Of a stretch of 64,000 nucleotides of DNA, positions 59,046 through 64,000 are shown piece after piece. A model generated the notes under the pieces. The model had not been told where the DNA came from. It did no database searches and saw only the letters and a program-made list of their open reading frames with translations. Location of the stretch: contig JBBUGM010000011.1 of the NCBI GenBank assembly GCA_038077975.1, positions 22,038 through 86,037 of the forward strand. Direction: 5' to 3'. Each line of letters begins with the position of its first letter. The first letter of the stretch is position 1. The translations under genes and the position numbers were made by a program. Origin of the DNA: Patescibacteria group bacterium (lineage in GTDB: Bacteria; Patescibacteriota; Minisyncoccia; UBA6257; 2-01-FULL-56-20).

Positions 59046-60071
59046 TTACTTCTTCCTCTTCAAAACTTTTTTCACCGCGTGCTTGATATCTTGAACGCCC
59101 ATTCCGTATTTCTCGATTAAAGCCGCTGGCGGGCCGGATTCGCCATAGGTGTCGTGGAGACCGACGAATTCCATGGGAGTAGGCGCGTGCTTTGCCAAGA
59201 CCTCGGCGCCCGCACCGCCCAAGCCGCCGTGAATTTGGTGCTCCTCGACCGTCACGACCGCGCCGCATTTTTTGGCTAGCTCAATAATTTTTTTATCATC
59301 GATCGGCTTAATGGTGTGGCAGTTCAACACTATCGTGCCGATTTTGCCCTGCCCTGAGCCTGTCGAAGGGTTTTTCTCCAATTCCCGCGCCGCAACCAAA
59401 GCATTATAGAGCACGCCGCCGCAGCCGATGATAAGCACATCCGCACCGCGGGATTGCCAGAAAATTTCGGCTTTCCCGGGCGTAAAAGGCGTCTGGTCGG
59501 TGGTCATCACGGGCGTTTTCTCGCGCTGGAAACGGAGGTATACCGGGCCCCACATTTGCGCCGCGGCCATCGTAGCTTTCCTTCCCTCAACGGCGTCGCA
59601 GGGAACAAAAACTTTCATGTTCGGCAAGACGCGCATCATGGCTATGTCTTCTGTTGCCTGGTGCGTCGCGCCGTCCGGCCCCACGGAAATCCCGGCATGA
59701 TGCCCCGCTACTTTCACGTTCGAGTCGTTGTAAGCGATCGTCGTACGGATTTGCTCCCAGTTCCGGCCCGGCGAAAAAGTCGCATAAGAAGATATGAACG
59801 GGATCTTGCCCGAGACGCCCAATCCGGCCGCGATCGTCGCCATATTCTGCTCGGCGACGCCGCATTCGAAAGACCGCTCTGGAAATTTCTTGAAAAACGC
59901 TTCCGCGCGAGTGGACTCGATAAGGTCCGCGCAAAGCGCGACCACGGCCTTGTTCTCGTCCCCTGCGATGATCAATCCCTCGCCATAACCATCTCTAGTT
60001 GGCGCCATTTTTAACTTATCGCTGTCAAAAATATCAATATTAAGTTGTGCTTCGGGATTGATCATGAACAA
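59046..60071 (-). CDS. transketolase, C-terminal subunit (pyrimidine-binding plus C-terminal domains)
   Basis: PTRDGYG, GVAEQNM and GPDGATHQ motifs. The RBS lies inside the 3' end of the GIY-YIG ORF. Confidence 0.9.
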   Translation of the reverse strand: MFMINPEAQLNIDIFDSDKLKMAPTRDGYGEGLIIAGDENKAVVALCADLIESTRAEAFFKKFPERSFECGVAEQNMATIAAGLGVSGKIPFISSYATFSPGRNWEQIRTTIAYNDSNVKVAGHHAGISVGPDGATHQATEDIAMMRVLPNMKVFVPCDAVEGRKATMAAAQMWGPVYLRFQREKTPVMTTDQTPFTPGKAEIFWQSRGADVLIIGCGGVLYNALVAARELEKNPSTGSGQGKIGTIVLNCHTIKPIDDKKIIELAKKCGAVVTVEEHQIHGGLGGAGAEVLAKHAPTPMEFVGLHDTYGESGPPAALIEKYGMGVQDIKHAVKKVLKRKK

Positions 60072-60362
60072 AACTTCACCCTCCTAACTTTTTATACCAA
60101 TTTTTTAAAATTTTAGCTAAGTGCCGCTTACCCCATCCAGACTTCAAAAACTTTTCTCTTACCGCTGCATCATGTTGATCCAAGTAAGACTCAATGTAAA
60201 TTGGGTAAAGCGGCACTCGATCTCGCGTGGCATAAACTTTGCCAGAATTATGCATTCCTAATCTCCGCTTTAAATCGTTGGTCATGCCGACATATTTATT
60301 ACCGTCAACTCTGCTTAGCAGAACATATACATGCCACATGGTATAAAAAGTTTGGAGGGCAA
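60066..60362 (-). mobile_element. GIY-YIG ORF cassette between the old and new transketolase 5' ends
   Basis: Bounded by the two homologous 5' coding segments. Confidence 0.45.
60076..60339 (-). CDS. GIY-YIG nuclease family protein
   Basis: 87 aa. VYVLLS...KYVGMTNDLKRRLGMHN, plus the conserved E in REKFLK. Confidence 0.85.
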   Translation of the reverse strand: MWHVYVLLSRVDGNKYVGMTNDLKRRLGMHNSGKVYATRDRVPLYPIYIESYLDQHDAAVREKFLKSGWGKRHLAKILKNWYKKLGG

Positions 60363-60443
60363 GCCGTACCCATCCCGGGTCGGTTTCTGCTCCACGTCCG
60401 GCTCAAAAATTTTTTCCGATAAATGTGCTTCCTGATTAAGCAT
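60363..60443 (-). pseudogene. displaced transketolase 5' end (MLNQEAHLSEKIFEPDVEQKPTRDGYG)
   Basis: Homologous to codons 1-28 of the functional gene (MINPEAQLNIDIFDSDKLKMAPTRDGYG). Differs at almost every synonymous site. Reading frame is lost after GYG. Confidence 0.6.
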
Positions 60444-60598
60444 AAGCGTAATACCAATATACTAATGCGTGCGAATAATACTAATGGCGCTTTAGCGCAG
60501 CATACAAATATACTAATTAACCCATTCGTATATTTGTATTATTGAGCTACAGCGATATTCGCAGTATTGGTATGAATTCGCAGATTAGCATTACATTA
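60444..60598. repeat. about 140-bp dispersed repeat, copy 3 (inverted orientation)
   Basis: Its reverse complement aligns with copies 1 and 2 over about 140 nt. Confidence 0.9.
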
Positions 60599-62005
60599 TT
60601 ATTGTAGCCCTTGCACGTTAAACGTGAAACTCTTAAAAACCATGTCTAGAAGCGCGCTTGATTTCGCTTGCGTTATAACTATCAAATAATTCCCGGGTTT
60701 TACGACAACCAACTTGTACGGCGATTCGCCGCTACCGGTGCCCACAACTTCAACTGCCGCCTTCCCGGAAATCGTGATGTCTCGCCGCGAACGTATCTCG
60801 GAGGATGGAATCAATCCCGAAAGGTTAACGGAAAGCCAAGAGTTGATACCGACATCTTCACTCACAACCTCGAAGCTCAATACGTTCGGATTGGCGGGGA
60901 CTTTGAAAAGTTCTTTTTCGTCTTCCGCCACCGTCGCGCGCTTGCTTTGCGAAGTTGCCCCAACCACGGCGTTTAATTCTGGTTTAATATCTTCAAAAAC
61001 TACATGGCTCCGCGGATATTTGAACCCGAAAAGATAAGAGGTGTTGACGTAGGCAATCCAGTTCGAGGTGTCGATTGCGACGGGCGTACTGTTATTCCCT
61101 GAGCTTGTCGAAGGGCTAGTCGCATCCAAAAACCTGAACGTGGAGAGAATTTGGTTGCTGATTTCTCTCGACTTTTCTAGATTTTTCCGGCATTTCCCCG
61201 CAACCACAGATAAACAGTCGGGTTCTATGGCAAGTTGAAAAAACACTTTATCCCGCTCTCGTGTAAATAAAATGGTATCACCGTAAAAATCTGGGGCGCG
61301 AACATCTAAAATTCTCAGCGCGCTTAAATCGTTAAGTGTAAAATATTCACTCACTGGATCGTTGTTCCCAGTAATTTCAAAAATAGTTTCTAGGTCTGCC
61401 AAATTAAACCTATCTTTTCTATAAACTTCGATATAAAAATATTCTAGATAAAATCCGGCTCCAACGTCATCCGACACGTCGACAAACGATAAACTCAGCA
61501 ACAGATCGTTATCTTTTATCTTCCACGAGTAAACGCTTTCTAAATGGCTACTGGTATCATCCCCGTATCTAAAATTGGCCGGATACTTCACCTCAAACCC
61601 AAACTCCTCGTTGCGGTAGGTACTCCAACCCTCCGTTGAAGACGTGGTATCCGTTGCAGACGTTGAAATCGTTAAAGTCTTCGGCGATGTAAATGGGTAA
61701 CAATTCCATTTTTGATCTTTTCTCTTACACCCTAAACGCATACCCATTCCGCATTCTGCTGGTGGTTCATGTCCACAGAAGCCTTGTGCCTCCACACCAT
61801 AAATAATGGGGCACTTTTCGAACTCGCAGTTCGGCCCGGTGCGGCCGACAGCGCTCCCGTCGGGACAGATTTTTGCTTCCTGCGTGCAGGCGGTGCGGCC
61901 AACTTCCTTAGGCGCAGGCAGACCAAAATACCCAACCACCCCCACGGCAACCGCGGCGAGGAAGATGAGGATGGGGAGGGCGATGAAGCCGTTGTTCGAT
62001 TTCAT
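60599..62005 (-). CDS. hypothetical secreted protein (Cys-rich N-domain, two beta-rich modules)
   Basis: 468 aa with a TM/signal segment FIALPILIFLAAVAVGVVGYF. Its ATG overlaps the RelE-like stop (ATGA). Confidence 0.6.
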   Translation of the reverse strand: MKSNNGFIALPILIFLAAVAVGVVGYFGLPAPKEVGRTACTQEAKICPDGSAVGRTGPNCEFEKCPIIYGVEAQGFCGHEPPAECGMGMRLGCKRKDQKWNCYPFTSPKTLTISTSATDTTSSTEGWSTYRNEEFGFEVKYPANFRYGDDTSSHLESVYSWKIKDNDLLLSLSFVDVSDDVGAGFYLEYFYIEVYRKDRFNLADLETIFEITGNNDPVSEYFTLNDLSALRILDVRAPDFYGDTILFTRERDKVFFQLAIEPDCLSVVAGKCRKNLEKSREISNQILSTFRFLDATSPSTSSGNNSTPVAIDTSNWIAYVNTSYLFGFKYPRSHVVFEDIKPELNAVVGATSQSKRATVAEDEKELFKVPANPNVLSFEVVSEDVGINSWLSVNLSGLIPSSEIRSRRDITISGKAAVEVVGTGSGESPYKLVVVKPGNYLIVITQAKSSALLDMVFKSFTFNVQGLQ

Positions 62006-62268
62006 TTATAAATATCGTGGGTTCCGATCTCTAAAAATAAAATGCTACCGTTTTCCAGAAGAGCGAATTTAATGCGGTAAGCGCGGTTAATCCAAAATGC
62101 CCAAAGTTCTTTTTCTCTGCCATGCAGTTTGTGAGTGCCAAGACGAGAATCGAACGGGTTGTTTCTGAAAATCCGCTCCCTCGCTTTCGCTAAGTCCTTA
62201 ATAGCGTCCGATAATTTCTTGTATTGCTTTTCGAATCTGGACGAAGTTCTGATTTCCGTTACGCGCAT
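62002..62268 (-). CDS. RelE/ParE (YafQ-like) type II toxin
   Basis: 88 aa. FEKQYKKL...THKLHG...WAFWINRAYRIKF...LEIGTHD pattern. Confidence 0.8.
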   Translation of the reverse strand: MRVTEIRTSSRFEKQYKKLSDAIKDLAKARERIFRNNPFDSRLGTHKLHGREKELWAFWINRAYRIKFALLENGSILFLEIGTHDIYK

Positions 62269-62570
62269 CGTCGGCTAATCTAGATCGCTAAGCGACTTAA
62301 TTCTTCTTGTTTTTCCAGCGCGGTACTCTCTCAATCCTTCCTCAACGAGTTTGTCCGCTCTCTCCGCCGCTTTTCCGCTCAAATAAAAAGTCGGCACCGC
62401 ACGCGCCAAAAGTTTCTTATATTCCTCAACCGGCAAAACAACGACCCCTTTCTCTTCCTTGATTCTCGATTTTTGGATAGTGATGTTGTTCATTGTTAAT
62501 AGCATAACACATAACCGTATAAAATGCATCGCTCATTTGGCGATTGTAGCTTTTTTAGCTACAATGTCTC
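62006..62570 (-). mobile_element. toxin-antitoxin cassette bracketed by about 85-bp direct repeats
   Basis: The repeats are 61921-62005 and 62571-62655. Both are copies of the 5' end of the secreted-protein gene. Confidence 0.45.
62275..62493 (-). CDS. putative antitoxin of the RelE-like toxin
   Basis: 72 aa counting from MNNITIQ. Sits 6 nt upstream of the toxin. Confidence 0.6.
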   Translation of the reverse strand: MNNITIQKSRIKEEKGVVVLPVEEYKKLLARAVPTFYLSGKAAERADKLVEEGLREYRAGKTRRIKSLSDLD

Positions 62571-62655
62571 GGCCACCAAAATACCCAACCGCCCCCACGG
62601 CAACCGCGGCGAGGAAGATAAGAATGGGGAGAGCAATGAATCCTTGGCGGTGCAT
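62533..62655 (-). pseudogene. orphan 5' fragment of the 60599-62005 gene (MHRQGFIALPILIFLAAVAVGAVGYFGG...)
   Basis: 47 of 48 nt are identical across ATCTTCCTCGCC...TATTTTGGT. Reaches a stop after 40 codons. Confidence 0.55.
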
Positions 62656-62670
62656 AAGAACTTTAAAATT

Positions 62671-62883
62671 TTATTCGAATTCTCCCTTCGGAATCTTCGA
62701 TTGCTTCACTATTGCAAGAAACGTCCCGATCGGGATCGGCTTTGCTCCGCCATGAAGCGGAACCGGCACCATTGTGCCGGATACTTTGTGGCGATAAATT
62801 TGGTGGCTGCCTTTCTGTCGAGCCAAAACAAATTCGTGTTTGGTCAAAATTTTCACGAGTTCCTTGGCGGAAAGCGGCTTCAT
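62671..62883 (-). CDS. hicA: HicA family toxin
   Basis: 70 aa. LVKILTKHEFVLARQKGSHQIYRH pattern. Confidence 0.85.
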   Translation of the reverse strand: MKPLSAKELVKILTKHEFVLARQKGSHQIYRHKVSGTMVPVPLHGGAKPIPIGTFLAIVKQSKIPKGEFE

Positions 62884-63128
62884 TACTTTGCCGGAACTGC
62901 CACCTCAACCTCGTCAACGATCGGACGAGATTTTCTGATAGGAATTCTTTCTCGATGCGCAACGAGTTCTTCGATCCACAATTCCAGGACTTCTTTGGCT
63001 TTTTCTTTTGCTTCCTCAAACGTCCTGCCGAAAGTGGCACAACCGGGAAATGCCGGGAAAGAAACGTTAAAGCCGCCTTCCTCCGCAGGATCAAAAATCG
63101 CAGTGTAATTGTAGATTTTCTGCTTCAT
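62883..63128 (-). CDS. hicB: HicB family antitoxin
   Basis: 81 aa. YTAIFDPAEEGGFNVSFPAFPGCATFGRTFEEA pattern. TAATG overlap with hicA. Confidence 0.85.
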   Translation of the reverse strand: MKQKIYNYTAIFDPAEEGGFNVSFPAFPGCATFGRTFEEAKEKAKEVLELWIEELVAHRERIPIRKSRPIVDEVEVAVPAK

Positions 63129-63323
63129 TATTTATCACTATAATGCAGAGCCGCTCGAAATGCAATTCCAATTACCAAATTGCTCAATTACCTAATTATT
63201 ATTGGCCATCTATAAATCTGAACGTTGAGAGAATTTGGTTGGGATTTTTCTTTATAAAACTAGAAGTGGGCGTAACGAGAAACTGTCGAAAGGATTGAAT
63301 TCTTAGTTAGCGCCCAGCAATCC

Positions 63324-63995
63324 CTAGACATCAAACGTTATGTACTCGTTTAAAAACGGCGTGACCAAAACGTCATTTTTCTCCAGATTTTTTATCTTAC
63401 ATACATACTCAATCTCACGCCCCCTCGGTACATTGAGCACAAACATTCCCGTGACGGGAAGAAAATTCTCGTCCCGCTCGTAATTTAAATACGCCTTATA
63501 GTATTGATCAACTCCTTCTGGAAAACGATCTTCTACCTTCATTATCGTGTCCAACGCAGACGATGCATCGACTGGATTATCAAACACGATTTCAAGAGAT
63601 TCTTTTCCGAAATACGATTTCTTGGCTGACTTTACTTGAGGATACAAGCTTTCGATTTTTTGGCCCAGTTCGTCTATGAACGCTTTAATTTCAGCAGCGC
63701 TAAATGTCCCGTCGGATCGTAGGAAAGAGCGATATTCTGGATATAAGTGTGCAGATAAAACTTTTACCGGGGGAATATATTGTCCAAGTCCGATTTTTTC
63801 TAAGAAAATGTTGGCTCGTTCGATTGAGTCGGGAGAGCCAAGTGCTGCAATTTCATGAAATATCAACGTTACACGCCCTGGCTCGAAATTGTCCTCGGAT
63901 CTGAGACTGCCGTAAAAATTAATTTCTTCTTCATAACATTTACTCAAGCCGTTTTCGTTAATCGAAAATTCGCCAAGCGGAGAAAAATCCTGCAA
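63324..63995 (-). CDS. hypothetical protein (may continue beyond the window)
   Basis: 223-aa ORF. I recognise no motif. Confidence 0.45.
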   Translation of the reverse strand: MQDFSPLGEFSINENGLSKCYEEEINFYGSLRSEDNFEPGRVTLIFHEIAALGSPDSIERANIFLEKIGLGQYIPPVKVLSAHLYPEYRSFLRSDGTFSAAEIKAFIDELGQKIESLYPQVKSAKKSYFGKESLEIVFDNPVDASSALDTIMKVEDRFPEGVDQYYKAYLNYERDENFLPVTGMFVLNVPRGREIEYVCKIKNLEKNDVLVTPFLNEYITFDV

Positions 63996-64000
63996 AGAAG

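Noticed and set aside
63205-63262. About 45 nt similar to an internal part of the 60599-62005 gene (61131-61175), readable as NPNQILSTFRFIDGQ.
   Set aside because: It is short, and it corresponds to a domain-end peptide (ILSTFRF) that may simply be a common C-terminal word of paralogous secreted proteins. There is not enough sequence to call a pseudogene.

Overview
The window looks like a small-genome bacterium. I tentatively place it in the Candidate Phyla Radiation / Patescibacteria (Parcubacteria-like). This rests on inference only: L30 is absent between rpsE and rplO, housekeeping genes carry many lineage-specific inserts, and homing-endonuclease-type ORFs are present. About 80 percent of genes are on the minus strand.

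Core content:
- A str/S10/spc ribosomal cluster occupies 117-21636. Read along the minus strand it runs rpsL, rpsG, two unknown ORFs, fusA, one unknown ORF, tuf, rpsJ, rplC, rplD, rplW, rplB, rpsS, rplV, rpsC, rplP, rpmC, rpsQ, rplN, rplX, rplE, rpsN (type Z), rpsH, rplF, rplR, rpsE, rplO, secY, one unknown ORF, adk, map.
- Housekeeping genes elsewhere: recG, tpiA, htrA, leuS, tatD, metG, rplY, an M16 peptidase, a PfkB kinase and a transketolase C-terminal subunit.
- Seven tRNA-type genes.
- Accessory genes: an XRE plus HExxH pair, a PagL-like beta-barrel, LAGLIDADG-like and GIY-YIG ORFs, and RelE-type and HicBA toxin-antitoxin pairs.
- I saw no rRNA, no CRISPR array and no transposase or integrase.

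Most interesting observations:
1. Four insertions sit next to a displaced or interrupted copy of the target gene's own sequence. The targets are a tRNA-Ala with a complete tRNA-Ala nested in its anticodon loop, the transketolase gene (GIY-YIG ORF), a secreted-protein gene (RelE cassette) and leuS.
2. LeuRS carries an in-frame serine-hydrolase domain and a NUDIX domain.
3. Almost every intergenic spacer, including those inside the ribosomal operons, is an imperfect palindrome built from short words. The same words also occur in frame inside tpiA, leuS and several ribosomal protein tails, and similar word-built tandem inserts occur in metG and tatD.
4. An XRE/HExxH two-gene cassette beside tRNA-Lys is bounded by about 170-bp inverted repeats.
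5. A 58-aa Cys/His ORF that is not in the supplied ORF track has a textbook promoter, RBS and terminator.
6. A promoter, structured RNA and terminator unit lies between rpsJ and rplC.

All functional calls come from motif recognition by eye. No searches were run.
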